Below are positions 33,141-41,678 of a stretch of DNA of 64,000 nt, piece by piece. The stretch is from Nocardioidaceae bacterium. Its GTDB lineage: Bacteria > Actinomycetota > Actinomycetes > Propionibacteriales > Nocardioidaceae. Every line of letters starts with the position of its first letter. The stretch's first letter is position 1. A program made the position numbers and the translations under genes. The stretch covers positions 1,526 through 65,525 of the forward strand of contig DASSVD010000236.1 of assembly GCA_035706365.1 (NCBI GenBank). The letters run 5' to 3'. A model generated the notes under the pieces. It did not search any database and was not told where the DNA came from. It was given only the letters and a program-made list of their open reading frames with translations.

Positions 33141-33935
33141 ATGCTCGCAGCGGAACGCCAGGCGCGGATCCTGCAGGAGGTGCAGGCCAAGGGGGCGGTG
33201 CGGGTCAGTGACCTGTCCCGGCTGCTCGAGGTCTCCGACATGACCATCCGCCGGGACCTGGACATCCTGGCCTCGCAGAACCGGCTGTCCAAGGTGCACG
33301 GCGGGGCCACCGTGCCGAGCACGCTGAGCACCGACGAGCCCGGGTTCGAGGCCAAGTGGCAGCGCGAGACCGCGGAGAAGGAGGCCATCGCCTCGGCCGC
33401 CGCGCAGTTGGTGCGCCCGGGCTCGGCCATCGGCCTGTCCGCCGGGACCACGACCTGGACGCTGGCACATCACCTGCGGCACAGCCCCGACCTCACCGTG
33501 GTCACCAACTCGATGCGCATCGCCGGCGTATTGCACAGCGGCGGGCCGCAGGCGCCCAACGTGGTGCTGACCGGCGGGGTGCGCACGCCGTCCGACGCGC
33601 TGGTCGGCTCCCTGGCCGTCACATCCTTGAAGCTGCTGCACCTCGACATCGTCTTCCTGGGGGTGCACGGGATGGATCGCGACGCCGGGTTCACCACTCC
33701 CAACCTCGCCGAGGCCGACACCAACCAGGCCTTCGTGGCTGCAGGGCGCCAGCTGGTCGTGCTGGCCGACCACACCAAGTGGGGCACCGTCGGGATCAGC
33801 ACCATCGTGCCCCTGGACCGCGCCGACGTGCTGATCACCGACGACGGTCTGGCGCCCGACGCGCTCTCCGCGCTGCGCGAGACGGTCGGCGACGTGGTGG
33901 TGACGCACCAGGGCGAGGGGCGGGCGCCGTCGTGA
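33141..33935 (+). CDS. DeoR/GlpR family regulator
   Basis: VSDMTIRRDL, KVHGGA, AGTTT, VVTNS. Confidence 0.93.
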   Translation: MLAAERQARILQEVQAKGAVRVSDLSRLLEVSDMTIRRDLDILASQNRLSKVHGGATVPSTLSTDEPGFEAKWQRETAEKEAIASAAAQLVRPGSAIGLSAGTTTWTLAHHLRHSPDLTVVTNSMRIAGVLHSGGPQAPNVVLTGGVRTPSDALVGSLAVTSLKLLHLDIVFLGVHGMDRDAGFTTPNLAEADTNQAFVAAGRQLVVLADHTKWGTVGISTIVPLDRADVLITDDGLAPDALSALRETVGDVVVTHQGEGRAPS

Positions 33936-34843
33936 GCCTGGGCGGGGACGAGTACGCGCTGGCCTTCGGCGACTACTCCGCGGTGATCACCCAGGTGGGC
34001 GCCGGGCTCCGGGTCCTGCGGTACGGCGAGCGCGACCTCGTCCTGTCCTACCGCGCGGACGAGGTGCGCCCCCGCTACCGGGGCGCCCTGCTCGCTCCGT
34101 GGCCGAACCGGATCGCCGACGGGCGCTACGACTTCGGCGGGGCCACGCATCAGTTGCCCCTGACCGAGCCGGAGCGGCGTACCGCCTTGCACGGGCTGGT
34201 GTGCTGGGAGCGCTTCGACCTGATCGAGCGCGACGCAGCGTCGGTCACCCTCGAGCACCGGCTGGTCCCCCGGGGCGGCTATCCCTTCCCGCTTCGCATC
34301 CGGACGGCGTACCGGCTCGACGAACGCGGGCTGTCCTGCGAGGTCGGCACCACCAACACCGGCGGAGAACCCGCTCCCTACGGGGTGTCCACGCACCCGT
34401 ACCTGGTGGCCGGTCCAGGCGGGGTCGACCAGTGGGAGCTGCAGGTGCCGGCCGAGCAGTACCTCGAGGTGACCCCCGACCGGCTGCTGCCCACCGAGCT
34501 GCACTCGGTCGAGGCCACCGCGTTCGACTTCCGTGGCGGTCGCGGCCTCGCGGACGTCGTCGTCGACCACGCGTTCACCGGGCTGCGTGCCGAGCAGGAC
34601 GGGCGGGTGCGTGCCCGGCTGAAGGCCGAGAACGGCAGCGGAGTCGTCTGCACCTGGGATCCACAGCTGCTGGGGTGGCTGCAGCTGCACACCGCCGACC
34701 TGCCCGACCCGCAGGAGACCCGCCGTGGGCTGGCGCTCGAGCCGATGACCGGTCCCCCGGACTGCTTCAACTCGGGAACCGACCTCGTCACGCTCGAACC
34801 CGGCGCGTCCCACACAGCGTCCTGGACGATCGGGGCGCTCTAG
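33932..34843 (+). CDS. Aldose 1-epimerase family protein
   Basis: LAPWPNRIADGRY, ALHGLV, THPYL and LALEPMTGP motifs. GTG 33932 overlaps the DeoR TGA. Confidence 0.9.
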   Translation: MSLGGDEYALAFGDYSAVITQVGAGLRVLRYGERDLVLSYRADEVRPRYRGALLAPWPNRIADGRYDFGGATHQLPLTEPERRTALHGLVCWERFDLIERDAASVTLEHRLVPRGGYPFPLRIRTAYRLDERGLSCEVGTTNTGGEPAPYGVSTHPYLVAGPGGVDQWELQVPAEQYLEVTPDRLLPTELHSVEATAFDFRGGRGLADVVVDHAFTGLRAEQDGRVRARLKAENGSGVVCTWDPQLLGWLQLHTADLPDPQETRRGLALEPMTGPPDCFNSGTDLVTLEPGASHTASWTIGAL

Positions 34844-34856
34844 GGCTTAGGGCCCC

Positions 34857-34908
34857 GGGACATTCGCGACGGGTCGGCGGGCTGTGCTGGGACATTCGCG
34901 ACGGGTCA
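34857..34908 (+). repeat. 32-bp tandem REP-like repeat, family A, about 1.6 copies
   Basis: GGGACATTCGCGACGGGTC at 34857 and 34889. Confidence 0.88.
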
Positions 34909-35784
34909 GCGTCCGGGGATGGTGCGCCAGCCTCCGTGCGTGCGGTCGTCCTCCGGCCGCGGCTCGAGAACGTTGCCCGGCCCTGGCTCGCGCGGCTCGC
35001 GTGAGGTGGCCAGCAGCCGCATCAGCGGCCCGATCAGCACGTCGAACAGCCCGGGAAGCAGCCGGAAGCCGGCCACCATCAGCGGGTTGGCCAGCCCCAC
35101 CGACGACTCGCGACGCGGCCGGTCCAGGGCGCCCACGATCACCCGCGCCACGCGCTCGGGCGGATCCACCGGCGGCGGTGGCCGCCCGTCGTACCCGACG
35201 TAGTTGCCCGCCTGGGTGTAGATCGGCGTGCTCACCCCGCCCGGCGCCACCAGGGTGACGCCGATGCCGGGCAGGTGCCGGGCCTCGGCCTGCAGGGTCC
35301 GCACCAGACCGTGCACGGCCCACTTCGAGGTCGCGTAGGAGCTCATCGTGGTCGCCGAGATCTTGCCGAGCACCGACCCGACCACCACCAGCGACCCGGC
35401 GCCCTGCTCCCGGAACACCGCGAGGGCGGCCCGGGCAACGTTGGCGGTCCCGAGCACGTTGGTGCGCTGCACCCCGTCGAACACGTCGGGCGGGACGTCC
35501 TCGAAGCGACCGTAGGCCAGAACCGCCGCGGCGTGGACCACGCCGTCGACGCGGCCGAACTGGGCCTCGGCCTTGCCGAACAGGGTCTCGACCGCGTCCC
35601 GGTCCCCCACGTCGGTGGGTACGGCGAGGGTCTGCGCGCCAGCCGCCTCGCACTCGGCGCGCGCCTCCTCGAGCGACCGGGCGGATCGCGCCGCCAGCAC
35701 CACCGCGTCGCCTCTCTGGGCCAGCATCAGCGCGGTGGCCCGGCCGATACCGCTGGAGGCACCGGTGACGATCACCACGCTCAT
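34906..35784 (-). CDS. Short-chain dehydrogenase/reductase
   Basis: TGASSGIG and YATSK motifs. ATG 35784 overlaps the upstream TGA. Confidence 0.92.
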   Translation of the reverse strand: MSVVIVTGASSGIGRATALMLAQRGDAVVLAARSARSLEEARAECEAAGAQTLAVPTDVGDRDAVETLFGKAEAQFGRVDGVVHAAAVLAYGRFEDVPPDVFDGVQRTNVLGTANVARAALAVFREQGAGSLVVVGSVLGKISATTMSSYATSKWAVHGLVRTLQAEARHLPGIGVTLVAPGGVSTPIYTQAGNYVGYDGRPPPPVDPPERVARVIVGALDRPRRESSVGLANPLMVAGFRLLPGLFDVLIGPLMRLLATSREPREPGPGNVLEPRPEDDRTHGGWRTIPGR

Positions 35785-36962
35785 GGTGTGAGCACGACCT
35801 TCACGCAGCCGTCTTCCTTCTTCTGGAACATCTCGTACGCGCCGGGAGCCTGGTCGAGCGGAAGGACGTGGGTGGCCAGGTCCTGGACCCCGAGCGGGTC
35901 GGCGTCGTCGGCCACGTGCGGCATGATCTCGTCGATCCAGCGCTTGACGTGGCACTGGCCCATCCGCATCTGCACGCCTCGGTCGAACATCTCCATCATC
36001 GGCAGCGGGTCCACCTCGCCGCCGTAGACCCCGCTGATCGAGACCGTGCCGCCCCGGCGTACCGCCTTGATCGCGGTGCGCAACGCGTCGAGCCGGTCGA
36101 TCGCCATCTTGTCGGTCATCGGCTTGGCCAGCGCGTCGGGCAGCATGCCGACCGCGGCGTGCGCCGCCTTCCCCACTGGCGAACCGTGCGCCTCCATGCC
36201 GACCGCGTCGACCACGCCCTCGGGGCCGCGGCCTCCGGTCAGCTGCAGCAGCGCCTCGGTCACGTCCACGTCGGCCGGGTCGACGGTCTCCGCGCCGTAC
36301 TTCTCGGCCAGGACGCGCCGCTCGGGCACCGGGTCGACGCCGATCACTCGCTCGATGCCCTGCACCCGGGCGGCCCGGACGCAGAACTGCCCGACCGGTC
36401 CCAGGCCGAGCACCGCCAGCGTGCCGCCCTGCTCCACATCGGCGAACTTCACGCCCTGCCAGGCCGTGGGCAAGATGTCGGAGAGGTAGAGCCAGCGCTG
36501 GTCATCGTGCTCGTGGGGGACCTTGATCGGGCCGAACTGGGCCTGCGGCACCCGCAGGTACTCTGCCTGCCCGCCGGGCACCGAGCCGTAGAGCTCGGTG
36601 TAGCCGAACAGCGAGGCCCCCTTGCCGGTCTTGTAGTTCTGCGTGGTCTCGCACTGCGCGAACAGCCCGCGCGAGCACATGAAGCAGGAGCCGCAGGAGA
36701 TGTTGAACGGGATCACCACGCGGTCACCGGGCTTGATGTGGGTCACGTCGGAGCCGACCGCCTCCACGATGCCCATCGGCTCGTGACCGAGGATGTCGCC
36801 CGGGGACAGGAACGGGCCCAGCACCTCGTACAGGTGCAGGTCCGACCCGCAGATGGCCGTCGAGGTGACCTTGATGATCGCGTCGGTGGGGTCCTGGATC
36901 GTGGGGTCGGGGACCTCCTCGACCCGTACGTCGCGCTTGCCGTGCCAGGTCAGTGCCTTCAC
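35781..36962 (-). CDS. Zn-dependent alcohol/formaldehyde dehydrogenase (glutathione-independent FDH-like)
   Basis: ICGSDLH, GHEPMG, CGSCFMC and LSDILPTAW motifs. GGGAGG RBS before GTG 36962. Confidence 0.9.
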   Translation of the reverse strand: MKALTWHGKRDVRVEEVPDPTIQDPTDAIIKVTSTAICGSDLHLYEVLGPFLSPGDILGHEPMGIVEAVGSDVTHIKPGDRVVIPFNISCGSCFMCSRGLFAQCETTQNYKTGKGASLFGYTELYGSVPGGQAEYLRVPQAQFGPIKVPHEHDDQRWLYLSDILPTAWQGVKFADVEQGGTLAVLGLGPVGQFCVRAARVQGIERVIGVDPVPERRVLAEKYGAETVDPADVDVTEALLQLTGGRGPEGVVDAVGMEAHGSPVGKAAHAAVGMLPDALAKPMTDKMAIDRLDALRTAIKAVRRGGTVSISGVYGGEVDPLPMMEMFDRGVQMRMGQCHVKRWIDEIMPHVADDADPLGVQDLATHVLPLDQAPGAYEMFQKKEDGCVKVVLTP

Positions 36963-37049
36963 AGGTGCCTCCCGCGTTGCGTCGGGCCCCGGCGGGGCCG
37001 AGGGCGTCGGACCGGGGGCGTACCCCATGCCTCACGGGATATCCGCGCA

Positions 37050-37098
37050 GTCTCGACAAGCTCGACCGACCGACCGGCGGGTCTCGACAGGCTCGACC
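37050..37098 (+). repeat. REP-like family B, two copies
   Basis: GTCTCGACAAGCTCGACC and GGTCTCGACAGGCTCGACC. Confidence 0.8.
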
Positions 37099-37112
37099 AG
37101 CCGGAAGGGCGG

Positions 37113-38105
37113 TCAGTCGCGCTGCTTGGGGTGGAAGCTGACGCGCACCTTCTCGAACCCCTTGTGCCGCTGGGCCTGGGCGTACTCGGTGTAGACGCGG
37201 CGGTCGGCGTCGGTCAGCTCCACGTCGTCGGTGAACGGGGTCAGCAGCGCCCGGGGCCACAACCGCTTGGCGAGCACCACGTTGAGCTCCAGGCCCAGCA
37301 CCCCCATCACCGCGGCGACGTAGAGCAGGGCGACCAGCCCGAGCACGAGGGCGAACACGCCGTTCATCTCGCTGACCCGCGAGATCACCCGGTCGACGTA
37401 GACGCCGCCGAGCGTCTGGAGCAGCTGCCACATCACCGCGATCGCCAGCCCGCCGGGCAGGACGGTGCGGAACCGGTGCCGTCGGGACGTCGCGAAGACG
37501 AGCATCACGGTGAGCACCACCCCGGTGAGCACCACCGAGACCAGCGAGAACAGCAGCCGGATGCCGACGTCCACGTCGCTGCCGAACACCTCGACGTGGC
37601 TGGTGATGCTGGACAGCACGGCGACGGCCAGCACCGCGACGCCGGCCACCACCAGCAGGGCCAGGGAGCGCAGCCGGCTGACCACCGGGTTGAGCCGGCT
37701 GTTGCGCGGGATCGCCCAGGTCGCGTTCACCGAGTTCTGCGCGGCCTGCCCCAGGCCGAGGACGCCGTACAGCGCGGTGAGCGAACCGACGACCACCGCC
37801 GACGCGCTGCCCTGGATCCCGCCGGGGCGACCGAGCTGGGTGCCCACGATCGGGAACTGCGCGAGGGCGGAGGTGAGCAGCTCCTGCTTCAGCTCCTGGT
37901 TGCCCTGCAGCAAGAATCCCAGCACCGAGGAGGCGATCAGCATCAGCGGGAAGATCGCGATGAACGCGTAGTAGGTCAAGATCGCGGCCAGGTAGTTGCC
38001 CTGGTCGTCGAAGAACTTGTAGACCACCGCGAGCGGCAGGCCGACGACCGCGTGGCCGCGCTGGAACCGGTCGAACCGGTCCGCCTGCTCCGCCGCGCCG
38101 CGCAT
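37113..38105 (-). CDS. YihY/virulence factor BrkB family membrane protein
   Basis: AAILTYYAFIAIFPL and GVFALVLGLVALLY...LELN motifs. Start ATG 38105. Confidence 0.88.
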   Translation of the reverse strand: MRGAAEQADRFDRFQRGHAVVGLPLAVVYKFFDDQGNYLAAILTYYAFIAIFPLMLIASSVLGFLLQGNQELKQELLTSALAQFPIVGTQLGRPGGIQGSASAVVVGSLTALYGVLGLGQAAQNSVNATWAIPRNSRLNPVVSRLRSLALLVVAGVAVLAVAVLSSITSHVEVFGSDVDVGIRLLFSLVSVVLTGVVLTVMLVFATSRRHRFRTVLPGGLAIAVMWQLLQTLGGVYVDRVISRVSEMNGVFALVLGLVALLYVAAVMGVLGLELNVVLAKRLWPRALLTPFTDDVELTDADRRVYTEYAQAQRHKGFEKVRVSFHPKQRD

Positions 38106-38283
38106 GGGCACACGGTACGGCGTCGGGGGTCGCCGCGGAGATTCTGTGGACGCGTGGCCCGGGTCGTGGCCTATGCCGTCTGCTGCGCGGTTTCTTCGTC
38201 TTGCAGGGCCGTGCGCAGCGTGCCAGCGTGAGAGGTGGCCGGCTGCGCCCGGCAACCGGCTCCGGTCCGGTAGGAGGTTCGCG

Positions 38284-39057
38284 ATGGCTGAGTTCCTGAG
38301 CACCAGGTTGAGCACGGACGGGGAACGTCGGCCCTTCGCCGACCACGGCCACGCTGTCCTCGCCAACGCGGGCGGCGCGGCGCTGCTGTACAGCCGGTTC
38401 GAGCCGGGGTGGCGCTGGTCCCAGGACGTGGCGCCGATCGCGGGCACGGAGCGCTGCCGGATGCACCACCTCGGCTACGTGCTGTCCGGCTCGATGCACA
38501 TCGTCCTGGAGGACGGCACCGAGGCGGACTTCGCCGGCGGCGACCTGCTCGACATCCCGGCCGGGCACGACGCCTGGGTGACCAGCGACGGCCCCTGTGA
38601 GATGGTCGACTTCTCCCCCGACGCGACGCGCTACGCGGTGGCGCGTCCCACGGACATCGCGGCTCCGGACGACCCGGCGATGACGCAGGTACGCCGCGGC
38701 TACGAGGCCTTCAACACCGGGGACGTGGAGACGTTGCGCAGCATCCTGGCGCACGACGTGCTCCAGCACGTCGCCGGTCACGGGCGGTTCGCCGGGACCC
38801 ACAAGGGCATCGACGCGGTGCTGGACTACTACGGCAAGCTCGCCGAGAGCACCCAGGGCACGTTCCGCTGCGACCTGATCGACGTGCACGGCGACGGCGC
38901 CGGTCACGTGGTCGCGATGCACCAGATGTCGGCGACGATCGACGGCGCCAAGCGCGTGTCGCGCGGCTCGATCGTGTTCACCTTCGTCGGCGACAAGGCG
39001 ACCGACCTGCTCGAGCTGCACGGCGACCTGCCCGGAGACGACGCCTTCTTCGGCTGA
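38284..39057 (+). CDS. Cupin domain fused to a SnoaL/NTF2-like domain
   Basis: FEPGWRWS...HLGYVLSG...IPAGHDAWV (cupin), then VRRGYEAFNTGD...G.HKGIDAV (NTF2-like). AGGAGG RBS. Confidence 0.8.
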   Translation: MAEFLSTRLSTDGERRPFADHGHAVLANAGGAALLYSRFEPGWRWSQDVAPIAGTERCRMHHLGYVLSGSMHIVLEDGTEADFAGGDLLDIPAGHDAWVTSDGPCEMVDFSPDATRYAVARPTDIAAPDDPAMTQVRRGYEAFNTGDVETLRSILAHDVLQHVAGHGRFAGTHKGIDAVLDYYGKLAESTQGTFRCDLIDVHGDGAGHVVAMHQMSATIDGAKRVSRGSIVFTFVGDKATDLLELHGDLPGDDAFFG

Positions 39058-39119
39058 CCCGTCGTGAATGTCCCCACGCGGACCGCCGACCCGTCGTGAA
39101 TGTCCGCACGGGTCGGCGG
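39056..39119 (-). repeat. 32-bp REP-like repeat, family A, two copies on the minus strand plus an inverted partial copy
   Basis: GACCCGTCGTGAATGTCC at 39056 and 39088; 12-bp inverted repeat 39083-39094 / 39108-39119. Confidence 0.88.
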
Positions 39120-39122
39120 GGC

Positions 39123-39356
39123 TCACTCGATGCGGGCGATCGGCGTGCCCTGAGAGACGGTCTGCTCCTCCTCCACCAGGAGCCGGACCACCCCGGCGAC
39201 GGGCGCAGGTACCTCGGCCGAGACCTTGTCCACCTGCACCTCGGCCAACAGCTGGTCGGCGGCGACCGGGGCGCCGTCGGCCACGAACCAGGTGGTCAGC
39301 ACTCCCTCGGCTCCCGGCGTGTCCTTCGACAGGGGCGGGAACAGCACGTCGGTCAC
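39123..39356 (-). CDS. Stand-alone lipoyl/biotinyl carrier protein
   Basis: 77 aa; EVQVDKVSAEVPAP (DK lipoyl site). Confidence 0.88.
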   Translation of the reverse strand: MTDVLFPPLSKDTPGAEGVLTTWFVADGAPVAADQLLAEVQVDKVSAEVPAPVAGVVRLLVEEEQTVSQGTPIARIE

Positions 39357-39369
39357 GCGTAGCCGCCGT

Positions 39370-40404
39370 TCACCGGTCGATCGCGGCCCGGATCGCCCGC
39401 TCGATGCGGTCGTGCCGCGGCAGCACGGCGTACTCCAGGTCGTGGGCGTAGGGAATCGGTACGTCGGGGACGGCCACCCGCTGCGCCGGGGCCCGCATCA
39501 TCCCCGGGTCGACCTCGGCCACGGTGGCCACGATCTCGCCGGAGACGCCGTAGGACAGGTAGTCCTCGTCGACGACCACCAGGTGTCCGGTCTTGCCGAC
39601 CGACTCCAGCACCGTCTCCCGATCCAGCGGCACCAGGCTGCGCAGGTCGATCACCTCGACGTCGATGCCCTCGGTCGCCAGCGACTCGGCTACGTCGAGC
39701 GCGTGGTGCACCGACAGCGACAGCGTCACCACGGTCACGTCGCTGCCGGGGCGGACCACGCGGGCCCGACCGATCGGGACCTCGACCTCGCCTTCGGGCA
39801 CCTCGTCGAGACTGCGCGGGTTCTTGACCATCCACGGCAGCCCCATCACGCCCTTGTGGAACACGTAGACGACGGGGTTGTCGTCGCGGATCGCGGCGGT
39901 CATCAGGCCCTTGGCGTCAAGCGGCGTGCTCGGGACCACGACCTTCATCCCGGGCAGGTGGGCGAACGTGCCCCACAGGCACTGCGAGTGCTGCGCGCCG
40001 TCGGAGTAGCCACCGCCGGCCGCCATGGTGAGCACCATCGGCACGCGAACGTTGCCGCCGGACTCGAAGTGGATCTTGGCCATGTGGTTGTAGATCTGGT
40101 CCAGGCACACGCCCATGAAGTCGGCGAACATCAGCTCCACGACGGGCCGCATCCCCTCGACGGCGGCGCCGATCCCCAGCCCGATGAAGGCCGACTCGGA
40201 GATCGGGGTGTCGATCACCCGCTGTGGCCCGAACTGCTCCAGCAGCCCGGTCGTGGAGCTGAAGATGCCGCCGTACGCCCCGACGTCCTCGCCGAGGTAG
40301 ATCACCGAGGGGTCCCGCTCCATCTCCTGGGCGAGCGCCTCGACCATGGCCTTGGACGTGGTGAGCCGGCGGGTGGCGTGCGGGGCTTGCGCGGTGGTGG
40401 TCAT
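39370..40404 (-). CDS. acoB: TPP-dependent acetoin/2-oxoacid dehydrogenase E1 beta
   Basis: GEDV, DTPISESAFIG, ELMFADF and HSQC motifs. Start ATG 40404. Confidence 0.8.
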   Translation of the reverse strand: MTTTAQAPHATRRLTTSKAMVEALAQEMERDPSVIYLGEDVGAYGGIFSSTTGLLEQFGPQRVIDTPISESAFIGLGIGAAVEGMRPVVELMFADFMGVCLDQIYNHMAKIHFESGGNVRVPMVLTMAAGGGYSDGAQHSQCLWGTFAHLPGMKVVVPSTPLDAKGLMTAAIRDDNPVVYVFHKGVMGLPWMVKNPRSLDEVPEGEVEVPIGRARVVRPGSDVTVVTLSLSVHHALDVAESLATEGIDVEVIDLRSLVPLDRETVLESVGKTGHLVVVDEDYLSYGVSGEIVATVAEVDPGMMRAPAQRVAVPDVPIPYAHDLEYAVLPRHDRIERAIRAAIDR

Positions 40405-40411
40405 CGGTACC

Positions 40412-41494
40412 TCACGAGAAGACGTGGTCGGTGGCGGTGGACGGGTCCGGGACGGGGCTCTGCTTGGCGAAGGTGATGGCGTCCTCGACCCGCTCGTGCG
40501 CCTGGTCGTGCAGGCGCTGCAGTGTCGCGTCGTCGAGCAGGCCGTCCTCGCGCAGCCGCGCCTCGTAGGCCGGCAGCGGGTCGCGGCCGGGCGCCGTGTC
40601 CAGATCGGACCGGTAGCCCTGTGCGTCACCCTCGAAGTGCCCCCACAGCCGCAGTGTGTGCACCTCGATCAGGCTCGGACCTTGGCCGGCCCGCGCCCGG
40701 GCGACTGCCTTCTTGGCGGCTTCGTAGACCGCCTCCACGTCGTTGTCCTCCACGCGTTCCCCCGGCATGCCGTACGCCGCGGCCCGGGCGGCGTTCGACC
40801 GCACCGCCGTCGACCCCTCGCGGGGCACGGAGATCGCCCAGTCGTTGTCCTCCACGACGAACACCACCGGCAGCGACCACAGCGCGGCGAGGTTGAGCGA
40901 CTCGTGGAAGGCGCCCTGGTTGGCGGCACCCTCACCGGTCACGGCCACCGCGACCCGGTCGCTGCCCCGGCGCTGGAACGCGAACGCCTGCCCCAGGGCG
41001 GGCGGATACCCCTCGGCGATGATCCCGGAGCAGCTGAAGTGGGTGTCCGGGTCGAACAGGTGCATGTGGCCGCCGCGCCCGCGTCCCAGCCCGGCCTCGC
41101 GGCCGAAGATCTCCGCGGTCATCCGGCGCAGGTCGACACCGTGCGCGATGGCCATGTGGTGCGGCCGGTGCGTCGCGGTGACCGCGTCGTCGGTCGTGAG
41201 GTGCGCGCAGACACCGGCCGCGACGGGTTCCTGCCCGGCGGACAGGTGCATCTCGCCGGGCACCAGGCCCTTGCCGATGTCGAAGCCGGGCCCCTTGTCG
41301 GCGTGGTACTCCCGCAGGATCGCCTCCTCGTAGGTGCGGCACAGCAGCATCGTCTCGAAGAGGTTCAACCGTGCGGCGGTGCTGGGCCGTGGCGTCTCGG
41401 CTCTGCGCGGCTCAGGCACGGCGCCCGATGCGGTGGGGGCGCTGGAGGTGACGGCCTCGCTGGGAGCGGGATTGGACGGTGAGGGGCTCGTCAT
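40412..41494 (-). CDS. acoA: TPP-dependent acetoin/2-oxoacid dehydrogenase E1 alpha
   Basis: HLSAGQE, THRPH, GEGAANQGAFHESLN...NDW and GHFEGD motifs. Confidence 0.8.
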   Translation of the reverse strand: MTSPSPSNPAPSEAVTSSAPTASGAVPEPRRAETPRPSTAARLNLFETMLLCRTYEEAILREYHADKGPGFDIGKGLVPGEMHLSAGQEPVAAGVCAHLTTDDAVTATHRPHHMAIAHGVDLRRMTAEIFGREAGLGRGRGGHMHLFDPDTHFSCSGIIAEGYPPALGQAFAFQRRGSDRVAVAVTGEGAANQGAFHESLNLAALWSLPVVFVVEDNDWAISVPREGSTAVRSNAARAAAYGMPGERVEDNDVEAVYEAAKKAVARARAGQGPSLIEVHTLRLWGHFEGDAQGYRSDLDTAPGRDPLPAYEARLREDGLLDDATLQRLHDQAHERVEDAITFAKQSPVPDPSTATDHVFS

Positions 41495-41591
41495 GCGGAC
41501 CTCCCGGAGTCAGGGGACGAGCGGCCGATCTGGGCAACCTAGGACGCCGCCTCCGCCGGACACCATGGCCCTTCGGCCCCATTTCCACTAC

Positions 41592-41651
41592 GCCGTCCAG
41601 TGGGCCGTCCAGTGGGCCGTCCAGTGGGCCACCCAGTAGGCCACCCAGCGG
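41592..41651 (+). repeat. 12-bp tandem repeat, five copies
   Basis: GCCGTCCAGTGG x3, then GCCACCCAGTAG and GCCACCCAGCGG. Confidence 0.9.
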
Positions 41652-41678
41652 GCCGGGCGCTCGTGCAAGAGTGGGGCC

